Positions 1 to 11,656 of a DNA stretch of 48,181 bases are shown in pieces. The notes beneath the pieces are model-generated. The model was not told the origin of the DNA and ran no database searches. It was given only the letters and a program-made list of their open reading frames with translations. Where the stretch lies: positions 28,296,498 to 28,344,678 of the forward strand of contig NC_068994.1 in assembly GCF_001194135.2 (NCBI RefSeq), given 5' to 3'. The DNA is from Octopus bimaculoides (taxonomy: Eukaryota). Position numbers and translations under genes: made by a program. Position 1 is the stretch's first letter. Every line of letters starts with the position of its first letter.

Positions 1-28
1 ATATATATATATATATATAGATATAGAC

Positions 29-128
29 GTGAATGTGGCTGTGTGGTGAAGAAGCCTGCTTCCCAACCATGCCATCTTGTGTTCAGTCCCACTGCACAGC
101 ACCTTGGGAAAGTGTCTTCTACTATAAC
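29..128 (+). mobile_element. tRNA-derived SINE, 5' head fragment
   Basis: TGGCTGTGTGGTGAAG...GTTCAGTCCCACTG...CACCTTGGG..AGTGTCTTCTACTATA; the same head recurs at ~8600, ~22310, ~27720 (-) and ~40640 (-). Confidence 0.7.
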
Positions 129-597
129 CCTGTGCTAACAAAAGCCAATGTCCTGCAGTCTGAGAACCAGCAGCTTGAAGCGTTTCAGTTTGCAAGACAG
201 TATGCCAGGGAAAATTGTAATGTTGGAGATGGGTGTGTTCACACGGATGATGGTTCACTTGCAGTTAGTGGCTTTGCAAAAAAAGAGGCTTGGAAATGTC
301 ACTATGAAAGGCTGCTAAATGTAGAGTACTCATGGGAGAAGGGATAGTCTGCCTACTGTGGATCCAACTGAGGGACCAGCAATTCAAACAGACAGTAGCA
401 AAGTAGATAAAGTCATGAAGGATATGAAGATCAGTAAAGTCCCAAGCCCATCAGGGATCACTACTAAGATGCTTAAAATATCTGGTGGTATGCGTTATGG
501 TCTAGTTACCTATATAGTTAATCAGGTTGTACACAAAGGAGTTATACCCTATGACTGGTGTAGCAGCATCATAGTAAACTGCTACAAAGGTAAAGGT
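129..597 (+). mobile_element. RTE-clade LINE ORF2 fragment (linker and start of RT), disrupted
   Basis: ORF track peptides KEAWKCHYERLLNVEYSW and KVPSPSGITTKMLKISGG...VIPYDWCSSIIVNCYKGKG match the typical K.PGP.GI..E.LK / P.DW..S.IV..YKGKG motifs; stop codon between the two ORFs. Confidence 0.8.
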
Positions 598-1790
598 AAA
601 TGTGACCGTCATTTGCTTTCTTTACCAGTTCAATCCATTTACGAAATGATGCACATGCCTTAACTATTTCTTCGTTTTTCATTGTACTGAATTCTCGCTT
701 GAGCGAAGCCTTCAGTGAAGACACAGTTGTGAGAAGTTGCATTGGATATTGCTTCAGCTGCGCCCCATAGCCAAAACTCACATGGATTCAAATCTGGCGA
801 GCTAGAAGGCCAGATATCTTTAGGGACAAACATGGGCAATTCCTTTGTCAAAAATTCTTGCACTCTTTTCGAAGAATGGGCTGGCACAGAGTCCTGTACA
901 AACATGACTTAACTTGCATCATAATGCTTCCTAATCCAAGGCAACAAAACTTCTAAGATTTTGAGATACTCTGCTGTGTTGATTTTAAGAACTGCTTCAA
1001 TAGAATGAAGAGGCATCAATTTCCCATCACTTGCAATAGCTCCAAAGACCATAATGGAAACTGGGTTCTTGCTATGCATAACTGAAAGAACTTGGGAAGG
1101 GTTGTACACTATCACTCATGAGTTTTGATGGTTTGCAATTTCATCTATCATGAACTTCTTTTCATCCACAAAGTTGCAGACATCTCCACCACGATGTTTC
1201 AGATGACTAAGAAGTTTGAGACTTCTTTCAGCTAGAATGACTTTGGAGTGGATAGTTTAGGATGTTACGGTGTCTCCTCACATATGATTTCATATGGAGG
1301 TCTTGTCTCACAGCCCTACAAATGATCATTTTACTGATTCTTCAATCTTGAGCCAACTTCGCTGTCGATTTTGATGGGTTTGACTCAATCGATCTTTCAA
1401 ACCCTTTAACCCATTAGCATTCAAACTGGCTAAATCAGGCCCAAATATTCTACCTGTGTTGTGTTGAAACTGACCAGATCAGGCCTCTTACAACTACTAT
1501 ACAATATAATTCTAAAATAAAACAAATGCATCATTGAAATCTCAAAGCTACAAGATGATGCATAATTAATTGAAAACAAAGTGAATAAATAGGCCTTAAA
1601 TTTGACAGAATAGTTCGAATGCTAAAGGGTTAAGAAGCGAGATGTGCATTTTCAGTCACTACAAGGACTGTGAGGCTTTCTCTTAACATCCTGCTACAAT
1701 TCTAAAAACAGAAGATTTGGCATACTTTGTGGCTCTAACAATCACCCCAGCACTTTTGCCAGCTCAGAATAATTTTGAAATTACACTTCT
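598..1790 (-). mobile_element. Degraded Tc1/mariner transposase relic, maT (DD37D)-like
   Basis: Minus-strand peptides SIESNPSKSTAKLAQD, NPVSIMVFGAIASDGKLMP, FVQDSVPAH...WPSSSPDLNPCEFWLWG and IVKACASFRKWIELVKKANDGHI; 37 residues between the second D and the third acidic residue (here E); frameshifts and stops. Confidence 0.85.
1410..1629. mobile_element. piggyBac-type MITE nested in the maT relic
   Basis: TTAA at 1406-1409 and 1630-1633; termini CCCATTAGCATTC / GAATGCTAAAGGG (12/13 inverted match); transposase sequence resumes on both sides. Confidence 0.85.
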
Positions 1791-2334
1791 ACAGTTTAAT
1801 TCTTTATTAACATTCATAGTTTGTTCAATCTGAAATACAAAATAGTACAAGTGATCATTCAAGCTGGTAATATTTAAAATTTAGACTCCAACAAAATCTG
1901 TACAATTAGAAATATATCCATTTGAAATTTGACCCAATTTGCCTGTTACACTCTGTATATCATTCAACTACGGTAATAGTTGGATAATATTCTTAACGGA
2001 GCTTTTTTGTCGCAGTCGGTGTCTTCCAAGCAGTCTCACTAATTCAATTTTAATTGAAATCAAATTTAGTTTTTTGAATTATGTTTGACTAGTGATAAGC
2101 TGCATTTAGACAGAAAATACTTAAAATCTGGGCCCGACATCGACACTTTGAATCCACACCATTCTTTTAATTTTGATTAATAATTATTATATTAATAATA
2201 ATATGAAAGAGAAATGTTAAAGGAATATATTGGTAAAGGTTTCGTAAAATTTTATCCATTAGAAAAAAAAAATATTTAATTTTGATTCTCAAATTTTTAT
2301 CAATTTTCGCGTAATATTAAAGGGACACTACTCA

Positions 2335-3553
2335 GGTATAACTACAGATTTCTGCCCCTCCGTTTTTGGATCATCATAACTTTCAGAAAAATGGATATTT
2401 TTTAACGAAATTTTCTACGAATATGTGTAATATTATGTAGATTCCGAATATACAAAATTTGGAGGGGGGGGGAGTGTTTTAGGAGGGGTGTGGTGGGGAA
2501 TTTCGGAAAATTCACCGGAGTCCACTTCAATTAGTCTTNNNNNNNNNNNNNNNNNNNNNNNNNNNNNNNNNNNNNNNNNNNNNNNNNNNNNNNNNNNNNN
2601 NNNNNNNNNNNNNNNNNNNNNNNNNNNNNNNNNNNNNNNNNNNNNNNNNNNNNNNNNNNNNNNNNNNNNNNNNNNNNNNNNNNNNNNNNNNNNNNNNNNN
2701 NNNNNNNNNNNNNNNNNNNNNNNNNNNNNNNNNNNNNNNNNNNNNNNNNNNNNNNNNNNNNNNNNNNNNNNNNNNNNNNNNNNNNNNNNNNNNNNNNNNN
2801 NNNNNNNNNNNNNNNNNNNNNNNNNNNNNNNNNNNNNNNNNNNNNNNNNNNNNNNNNNNNNNNNNNNNNNNNNNNNNNNNNNNNNNNNNNNNNNNNNNNN
2901 NNNNNNNNNNNNNNNNNNNNNNNNNNNNNNNNNNNNNNNNNNNNNNNNNNNNNNNNNNNNNGTGTTTGTGCATCCGTAGATTTCTACTGACGCAACAAAC
3001 AGGCAAAGAAGCCCTCACTAGAAAACTCGTTATGGTAGAAATAACACCTAAAGGTCTGGTACACAGAAATGCTATTAAGACGACTTATCTATTGTATATG
3101 TTTTTTTTTTTTTCACTTTACGTAAATTCCCAGGTAAACGTTTCTAATAGAAAAGCAGAAGACACCAGAAGCAAAAATAAGGAATATACACGCACAGTTA
3201 AATATAGAAGTGTAAAGTATAATTTGTTACATAATCTCTATAATAAACATGATACTGAATAGAATAATTCCTCGTTTGAACTGTTTAATTACGTGTGTGT
3301 GTGGTAGAAATCTAAGGATGCACAAAACGGAGAAAGTGAAACAAATATGGATGACTTGTTCCGAAATACCCCCTTGTGGGGAACAGTTCTCAAAAATAAC
3401 CCCCATTTGTTTTCCCAAAAAAAACTCCTGTGTCCTCGGAATCTACATAGTCCAAGGTATATTTGTAGAGAATTTCATTAAAAAATATCCATTTTTCTGA
3501 AATGAAAGTTATGGTCATCCAAATTTGGGGGTGCAGAAATCTGTAGTTATGCC
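2335..3553. mobile_element. Non-autonomous Mutator-like (MULE) element with long TIRs
   Basis: Perfect 9-bp direct repeat CACTACTCA at 2326-2334 and 3554-3562; termini GGTATAACTACAGATTTCTG / CAGAAATCTGTAGTTATGCC; inverted similarity continues inward (2962-2987 vs 3304-3328). Confidence 0.85.
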
Positions 3554-3985
3554 CACTACTCATATATTAACTAAACTATTTCTTAGGCGCACACACAACA
3601 AAAATCAGTCCAAATTATTTTTTATAAAAAATGAAATTTTTTTGCTCAATTTTTTGTAGTATGGCTTTTTAAAGTCCATTTTTGAATAAATATTTAATAA
3701 CAAGATTATCTAATAAAATATTTTTTTTTTAATTTTGTTTCTATGAGCAGTACTGAATCATGTTGTAGGGCTGTTCAGAAAAGGCAAATAACAAAAATTC
3801 AAATATTTTAACAGTCAATTTTCACTATTTTTAAATTTTCAAACAAGGAGTTAATTATTTGCATGCTAAAAATGACTTTATTTATAATTTATTTATTAAT
3901 TTTATCGTAAATAGAATGATTATTTGTGGCTTTGTCTCTATGAGCAGTACTGAAGTCTGTAGTAAGGCTGTTCAGAAAAGGCAAA

Positions 3986-4204
3986 TGCATGTTTGTGTGT
4001 CTGTGTTTGTCCCCCCAACATCGCTTGACAACCGATGCTGGTGTGTTTACGTCCCCGTAACCTAGCGGTTCAGCAAAAGAGATCGATAGAATAAGTACTA
4101 GGCTTACAAAGAAAAAGTCCTGGGGTCGATTTGCTTGACTAAATCCGGTGCTCCAGCATGGTCACAGTCACATGACTGAAACAAATAAAAGAGTAAAGAG
4201 AGTA
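3986..4204 (+). mobile_element. tRNA-SINE 3' half with AAAGAGT-type tail
   Basis: GTTTGTCCCCCC..CGCTTGACAACCGATGCTGGTG...GCTCCAGCATGG..CAGTC..ATGACTGAAACAA.TAAAAGAGTAAAGAG; homologous to the - strand copy at ~27243-27510. Confidence 0.75.
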
Positions 4205-5395
4205 ATCTAGTTTGGATTCTTTGCAATCAAATTTGAATTTTTCAAAGGGACTTTGTAAGACAAACTAAAACACAGAAAACAGTCAACAGGCATGTGCTGA
4301 AGTGTTGCAAATGGTAGAAAGTAGGATTCTTCATCCTCAAAAGAATATTCGATGACCACAAATCAATTCAAAGCTAGTTTCTTGAAATTGGTGCTCAAGC
4401 CTTGACAAAAAAAAGAGTTAAACTACATCAGCTGTAAGGGAATACATGTCTATCTTATCTAACTCATCCAGTAGAGCCCACTGTTACTCAAACGTCGACC
4501 TAACCCTGAGCTTGGGACAACAAACTCGAGTTGGATAAACTCGAATAGTAAGCTCTTTGCTCTTTATAACCGTTTTATGAAGTCACTTATTTTGTTAAAA
4601 AATTGTTCAGTTTGCATCTCCTCAAAGCAAACGGACTGGTTCTTTTACGGTCACTCCTGAGTAAAATTCAAAAAGAAAGCTCGAACAGCATAGTTCTCGA
4701 ATGAAAACTCTGCAGCTATCAAGAACTTATGAGCATTACTTTTGCATCATACTATACGTAGGCATAAAGGAAAAAATGAGCTCATACTAATCCTGATATA
4801 ACGACCTGCTTGAATGCGTCCACATGTCATCTAAGACATGTGCATGCCATGTACAATAGACAGTCTAGTTAAAAGACATACCACGGGGGGAGGGAGGATG
4901 TAGCATAAACCTGCGCTTTAAAGCAATTTTACGCAATTTGGTGGGAGGAGTGAAATTACCCTTATGATTAAAAGTTATGATCAACAATTGTTGATTTAAA
5001 TCAGACCAGGTTTATTAGCTATCCTGAGATAAGGGTTTTTAAATTTTCCCAACTGATATTTCTTGCAAAAAAAGTTGCAGTTTGTAAAAATGTACAAATT
5101 ATCTTGAATGAACTGTTCAAACATACGCAAAAAATAGAAAAAGAATCATTCGTTTATGATCTCCGCCTGTTCAGACCAGTTGATGTAACAGAACATCTTT
5201 TGGTAGAAGCTATCACAGTGTTCATGAGTTATTTCGTCAAACTTTTCAGCTCTCAATTGGTAAAGCTCCGGCTCGTTCTTTGTCTTGCCTTGAATAACTG
5301 AGCATTTCCAAACGAAGAAAAAGAGTTAAACTACATCAGCCTTCAAATTTGATTGCAAAGAATTCAAATTTGATGGCAAAGAATCCAAACTAGAT
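4205..5395 (-). mobile_element. TIR DNA transposon remnant with a degraded IS630/Tc1 (DDE_3)-like transposase C-terminus
   Basis: 35-bp inverted repeats 4205-4239 vs 5361-5395 with one mismatch; - strand 5340-5140 reads ..LFFFVWKCSVIQ...KFDEITHEHCDSFYQKMFCYINWSEQAEII. Confidence 0.55.
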
Positions 5396-5663
5396 CAAAA
5401 ACATCTATATGTTCATTTGTAACTTTGTCTCTGTACAGTACCAAAATTACAGTATGTACATTATGTCCAGAAAAGGCAAAGTTGCTATGATTATTATTCA
5501 TTTGTAATTTAATTTCTAAATGAAAATTAGTCAAATGAAAAAATCAAAATTTTGTTTGAATTTTCTTGGAAATTTTTGAATTCAAAATGACTACAAAAAA
5601 TGGTAATTTTATATATTTTTAATTAAAATTTTACTATTACTGCAATGCTTGTAAAAACACTGG

Positions 5664-6018
5664 ACTAGCCAATGAAAAAATGTGGATGCATACTAACAAT
5701 GTTCTTAACAATTAAACCTGGAAAGTAGAGGACAAGAAAAAACTCATTAAAATTAGAGCTTAAAATATTGCTGCTAAAACTAAAATTTTAAATTTTTTTA
5801 TTAATTCATTTAATACAAAAAATAAAATTAAGACAGAAAAAGAAAAGTGAAATTACTTGAATTTTAAAAAAAATATGGTAAAGTACCTAAGAGATACTTT
5901 TTAATTTTAGCAGCAATATTTTAAGCTGTAATTTTAATGAGTTTTTTTCTTGTCCTCTACTTTTCCAGGTTTAATTAAGAACATTGTTAGTATGCGTCTG
6001 CATTTTTCATTGACTAGT
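5664..6018. mobile_element. Foldback MITE (~120-bp inverted arms)
   Basis: 5664-5785 is the reverse complement of 5899-6018 with few differences (ACTAGCCAATGAAAAA...GCTGCTAAAACTAAAA). Confidence 0.85.
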
Positions 6019-6029
6019 ATATATGTGTG

Positions 6030-6420
6030 ATAATCGTGGGACTTGTCTCTCTTGCATCAGAGCCTACTCGCCAGAATGGTGAGACAAATCCTAATACTGG
6101 CAGAGCAACTCCTACTATATATGTATGATTTGTGTTGATGCATGAGTTGAACTGCTGCACATCAATGTTCATGGGAAAACCTTGGATGAGAAGAGAACTC
6201 CTGAAGGTTGACATATTTCTGGAGAAGAAAAATTAGATAAAGCAGTTACGGTGAAGTTGGGGATCAGACAGAGGAAAGACAGAATGGGTAGTGAGAGGAG
6301 GAGGTAGAGATGAACTTGAGTGGGGGTGATATGCAACTTACTAGTTCTGAAGGACAATGACTATTGTAGTGGATGTAGAAGAGGCAGAGTGATGAAATAG
6401 GTTGTGTGTGAGTTAGAGGT
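6030..6420 (-). mobile_element. L2/CR1-like LINE 3' relic
   Basis: Purine-rich + strand; - strand resembles an L2 3' end (degraded peptide SGVLFSSKVFP...FNSCINT); no intact ORF. Confidence 0.4.
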
Positions 6421-6649
6421 TCATGAGTGAGTTTTTGCTAATCAATCAGATGGATTGTACTTTTGTTAGCAATCAGTGGCAGTGGAGCAAGTGGCAAGCA
6501 CAATAGGGAGCTTTCAGTATTTTGTTGTTTTTCATATTCTGACCTCAAACCCCAGAATGACTCCAGGTAACCATGGAGCATGTCCTTGGATTTATTCAAC
6601 CAATTATATTAACATTTGCTTCAAACATACAGAATCATGAGGGCAGAAT

Positions 6650-6895
6650 TTCTCTGGGTTTCTGAGACATTTAAATAACTGAAAGTACAAAACAACTCCC
6701 TGAATATAGTGCTGGTACATTGCAGTGTTGGCCACCAATTGCTGTTGCTTCTTCTCATTCTTAGCTGAGTGGACAGGAGCAAAGTAAAATGAAGTGCCTT
6801 GTTCAAGAACACAGTATGCTACCCAGTCCAAGAATTAAACCCATAAGCTAACAATCTTGAGCCCAACACCCCTAACCATTATGCCACATATGTCT
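6650..6895 (-). mobile_element. tRNA-SINE head (second family)
   Basis: - strand TGGCATAATGGTTAGGG...GTGTTCTTGAACAAGGCACTTCATTTTACTTTGCTCC; homologous + copy at ~24680-24830. Confidence 0.6.
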
Positions 6896-6959
6896 TCAGT
6901 TACCAACTTCACTGTTTCTCTTATATTTTCTAATGCCTTGTTGTTTTAATGTCTTTCAG

Positions 6960-7066
6960 GGAATATATTGAACATCACCTTTTGGATTTCACTCGTGAAA
7001 ACCCTGGCATTGTGGTTTACTTAAAGCCAAGAAGACACAGAACTGCTAGACTCCAAGCAGAATATT
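6960..7066 (+). CDS. MRPL43: Mitochondrial ribosomal protein L43, internal exon (107 bp)
   Basis: tttcag|G acceptor and TATT|gtaag donor; translates (R)[35 protein letters not shown](L), matching the mL43 DFA..NPG.V.Y.KPRRHR...AEYLNG motif; phase fits the next exon. Confidence 0.93.
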
Positions 7067-7769
7067 GTAAGGAAACTCTTATAAAATTTTGATAAACAAC
7101 AAACAAATGGTACTATCTTCTACACACTGTAGTCACAGAAAAACACGACTTAACAAAATTTAATAAGATTGGAATGTATGAGATAATATAGACCTACATA
7201 ACCCAAACAAGACAGGATGGTTATGGCTGGAATGCATTTGGTTATAGACTCAAGCAGGGTTCACCTAAGGCTAGACAACAATCTTAAATGTCCTCTGTGA
7301 TAAGTTAGTAAGGGAATATTGTCACTCAACTCCTAGTAGCAGCCAAATCTCCTCAAATTATACCTCACTGTCATAAAAAATAGGGACACTTTTGTTAGTG
7401 TAACCCTAGATAGATACCCCTCACACTCTTAAATGAAATATACTACACAGATGAATCTGATATCTTACCTTAGCTATGTAGCTACAGAATGCACGTTATT
7501 GTCAGTTTTTTTCGCTATCAACTTACTATAACTGCTCACAATGAAATTTCAGTTTTGGCTTTTTTACTTGCTGAGTCTAAAGGACAGTACAGTACATACA
7601 ACCTTTGTAAGACCTCTAACACTGGTGAGATTCATATCGTTAATGTTCCAATTAAACTGTTGCAAGTCAGCATCTATTAGAAAGATATGACCAGAGAGGA
7701 GATTCTAGAAGGATGATGTATTAGGGAGGAAGGACTGAATAACAACAACTAGAGTAATAATGGTTTCAA

Positions 7770-7960
7770 ATTTTGGTTCAAGGGCAGCAATTTTAAGAGA
7801 AAGGGTTAGTCAATTACACCGACTCCAATACTTGAATAGTACTTTATTTTACTGACTCTGAAAGGATGAAAGGCTAAGCTGACCATAGCAGAACTTGAAC
7901 TCAGAACATAAGGCCACAAGAAATGCTGCTAAGTGTTTTGTCTGACACTAATGATTCTAA
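7770..7960 (-). mobile_element. SINE copy (third family)
   Basis: GGCAGCAATTTT..GAG..GGG.TAGTCAATTACA...AAAGGATGAAAGG...TTGAACTCAGAAC; homologs at 8965-9145 (+) and 9670-9850 (-). Confidence 0.6.
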
Positions 7961-8594
7961 TAAGAACAATAGTCTTTTGTTACTAAGTTGCAAATTTTTA
8001 GGAGACTGTCATATGATTGAATTGACACATACAAAGAGGAGTTCAATTTATGGACAGCTAAAAAATGAAAGGTAAAACACCATAGAGAACACAGAACTAA
8101 ATGCTTAATTGTATTTAAAGAACGTAAGAAAGGGGTGTCAAGAAATAGAGGCAGGAAAGTTCTGATGATATGTGTGAATATGTAATCTTTTGAACAAGTA
8201 TCAAACAGAGTTATCCCACTTGCTACAGATATCTGACTAACAAACTAAATACTAGAGAGATGGTTAAAAGTTGTTTGTCTATAATAAAAATATGAAGACC
8301 TTTTAGTTTGAAATCTTGACTGAGTTGGCTCCTTAAACAAACAACTGATGGTTACCCCAAAAGCAAAATCCTTTCAGTTGTGCTGAAACAACAGGAAAAT
8401 TTTCAATATAATTTGTTGTGTGTCTCCATCTCTGAGTTTCTCCATTCTCCTAAGGGTGATAACTTTGATCATATTGATTGCAACTTACTGTGTTGTCTGT
8501 CATATGATAGATGATGTTGAAATTTATGCTAACATCCATAATTAATTGATTTTTAAACAGTATTACTGGAATCGATATTCATTGCATATATTGA

Positions 8595-8780
8595 ATAGGT
8601 GCAGACATGGCTGTGTGGTAAGAAGTGTGCTTTGCAACCAGATCATTTCAGATATAGTCCCATGGTGTGACACCTTGGGCAGATGTTTTCTGCTATTACC
8701 CTTGGTTAACCAAAGCCTTGTGAATGAATTTTGTAGACAGAAACTGAAAGAAGTCCATCATAGATGTGTGTATGTGTGTT
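8595..8780 (+). mobile_element. tRNA-SINE 5' part
   Basis: GGTGCAGACATGGCTGTGTGGTAAGAAG...CACCTTGGGCAG.TGT...ACCAAAGCCTTGTGA.TG.ATTT.GTAGAC.GAAACTGAAAGAAG. Confidence 0.7.
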
Positions 8781-8964
8781 ACTGCCACCTTGCCTTGACA
8801 TCACATGATATCCACCTTCACAAATTCCATACAAGTATGGAAAAGTCGATTTAAAACACTGGTGATAAACAAATGAGAAATTTTGTTTTATCTAATTTTA
8901 CTTTAATTTAATAAGTATTTTAATTTTTAAAACTAGTATTCTTTTTATTATTTTATATGAGTAA

Positions 8965-9145
8965 GGCTGCAAGCTAGCAGAATGCATACCAGGCAAAATG
9001 CTTAGCAGCATTTCATCCATATTTACATTCTGAGTTGAAATTCCACCAAGGTCGATAAATTAAGTACCAGTGAAACACTGGGGTCGATGCAATTGACTAA
9101 TCCTCTCCCCCAAAATTTCAGGCCTTGTGCCTTTAGTAGAAAGGA
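8965..9145 (+). mobile_element. SINE copy (third family), inverted relative to its neighbours
   Basis: Reverse-complement similarity to 7770-7960 and 9670-9850. Confidence 0.6.
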
Positions 9146-9669
9146 TTATTTTATATGAGTACCATGAAAATTGAATTAACTAATATTGTTACTGTATCTG
9201 AGTAACATTACCTCGATATTCCCAATATTACTTGTCATATGACATTTCTGTTTTTCCATGCCAGCATGGGTTACAACAATCTCTATTAGGGCAGTTTTTC
9301 TACTACCAGGTGGTCTTCCTGTTACCAATCCTTCCTTGTTTTTCCAGTAAGGTATTTGATCTCCCACATGGAGCCACTGTATTTTGGAACTTTTGTTTTC
9401 TGGAAAATGCAAACATCAGTGCTTTTGTTCAGATAGTATTAGCAAATATATGCAGGTTCAATATTCACACACACAAACACATGATGGGCTTCCATGCAGT
9501 TTCCATCTGCCAGTTTTCTCTCAAGTCCAAAGTGCCATACAATAGAATGAAACCCAAAATCTCATGGTCATACCTGTACCTCTTTTTTTTATATCGAATC
9601 CTAGTAATCTTAAGGCCTATACCTGGTTTCCAAGATCTTAACATTCCCCCTGAACAAGACACTGATTGC

Positions 9670-9850
9670 AAGGTTCAAGGCCAGCAATTTTGAGAGGAGG
9701 GGTAAGTCAATTACATCAACCACAGTACTTCATCCAAAGGGATGAAGGGCAAAGTTAACCCGAAAGGGGTTTGAACTCAAAGCAAAAAGTGCCAGAAGAA
9801 ATTCCAATAAGCATTTTGTCACGTGTTAATGACTCAGCCAGCTCACTGAC
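9670..9850 (-). mobile_element. SINE copy (third family)
   Basis: GGCCAGCAATTTTGAGAGGAGGGGTAAGTCAATTACATC...GGATGAAGGGCAAAG...TTTGAACTCA. Confidence 0.6.
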
Positions 9851-10977
9851 CTTTTACTTCTAATACTTTAGTATAAAACAAATAACTCTCCCATTATGTG
9901 CAATGGCTGTAACTGGATATTAAAACCTTGTAGAAAAGAACTGCAACTCAGTATCTGTGTCGGGACATAAATTTTAGCTCCAAGCAAAGTGGTAAAATGC
10001 TGTTATAGCAGTTGTTGACTTGGCTTCAGATCAGCCCTAATCAAGGAAACATCATCAAAGACATTCCAGCCATGCCACTCCCACCCCACCCCCAATCAAT
10101 CCATACCAGGGATATATTATTCAATATGTATTTCCTTTTTTTAAGACAGTCAGATGAAATTTTAGATTCACCTGCTATTTCTAGCACATCAGAGTTATAG
10201 CAGTGTTACAGATAAAAGACAGTAAGGAAAACAATACTTGATACATGCGAAGGATAAATATATTTTCTGCTTCATTAAAGTAATCACCAGATCAAATGTA
10301 AATCTATATTGCTTAAGAGTTAGAAGAAAATAATAGTAAGACTAAAACAATGGACAGGGTAAGATGTGAGGGAAAATTATCTACTATTTCTCGCACATTG
10401 AGCAACCATATAGAGGTTTCCAATATATATTCTAAAATTAGTTTCAAGTTCAGCTTCATTGCATGACAACCCAGGCTAAACAAAACCTTGTGAGTAGTAT
10501 TGATAGAGTGAATCTCAAAGAAACCTGTCATGCGTGTTTATATCTTGTTAACAAGTGTCACCATCACACTGACAGTGTTCTTCATTTGCAATATTCTGTA
10601 AAAAGTTGTCCACCCTTGGGAAAATATTATCTTTCTTGGAAACATGTGTAGCTTGGAGACAAGAAGGGTATCCAACCATGGAAAATTTGGCTCAACAAAT
10701 TCTGTCTGACACATGCAAGCATGGAAAAGTGGATATATGTGTAAATACATAAACATACATACATGCATGCATGAATGACAAACAGACAGACAGGCTTCTT
10801 ACAGTTTACATCTACCAATTCCTCTCAGCATTGGTCGGCTCGGGACTATTGTAGAAAACACTTGCTCCCCAAAATACCACACAATGGAGCCAAATCCAAA
10901 ACCCCATGGTTATAATGTGAACTTCATAACCATACATTCATACCTCTCCCTCTCTTATCATCATCATTTAACATCCA

Positions 10978-11449
10978 TGGCACGTAAAAAGCACCATTTG
11001 AGCGCAATCGTTTCCAGCTTCGCCTTACTGGCACTTGTGCCGGTGGCATGTGAACAAAACATTGGACTGACTCCTGTGCAGGTGGCACGTAAAAAACACC
11101 ATTTGAGCATGGCCGTTGCCAGTACCGCCAGATTGGCCCTCGTGCCGGTGACACGTAAAAAGCACTCACTACACTCTTGGAGTGGTTGGCATTAGGAAGG
11201 GCATCCAGCTGTAGAAACTCTGCCAGATCAGATTGGAGTCTGGTGTAGCCATCTGGTTCACCAGTCCCCAGTCAAATCGTCCAACCCATGCTAGCATATA
11301 AAGTGGACGTTAAATGATGGTGTCCATGCTGGCATGAGTTGGACGGTAAGCTGAGGGGCTGCACCTGACTCCAGTCTGATTTGGTATGGTTTCTGCAGCT
11401 GGATGCCCTTCCTAATGCCAACCACTCCAAGAGTGTAATGGGTGCTTTT
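10978..11449. repeat. Retroposon 3'-end repeat, two copies in inverted orientation plus three sub-repeats
   Basis: 11171-11211 is the exact reverse complement of 11396-11436; TGGCACGTAAAAA-type motif at ~10978, ~11083 and ~11149; same family at ~29230, ~29660, ~34030, ~35790 and ~43990. Confidence 0.8.
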
Positions 11450-11656
11450 ACATGACTATGATTTCACTTGACTTGATGGGTCTTCTTCTCAAGCACGGTA
11501 TATTGCTAAAGGTTTTGGTCATTTGTCATTACTCTCTTCATTTCTCTTTCTCTTCATTCATATCTGGTAAAGCAAAGTAACATTGTAAGTTTATAGTCTT
11601 GGTATTATAATACATATATGTATATAATTTTCTCTCTTTCTCTGTCTTTCTGCCAG

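Noticed and set aside
1990-2045. ILNGAFLSQ-encoding stretch as a possible MRPL43 exon 1
   Set aside because: No GRY..QLQR motif, in-frame stop, and no suitable donor.
2488-3018. Long ORFs over N runs (also 27301-27796, 39578-40079, 46822-47862)
   Set aside because: Artefacts of translating assembly gaps and (CT)n/(TA)n microsatellites.
10978-11170. Three spaced TGGCACGTAAAAA-type repeats resembling a CRISPR array
   Set aside because: Eukaryotic context, irregular spacing (~105 and ~66 bp), no cas genes, and the motif belongs to a retroposon repeat also seen at ~43980-44010.
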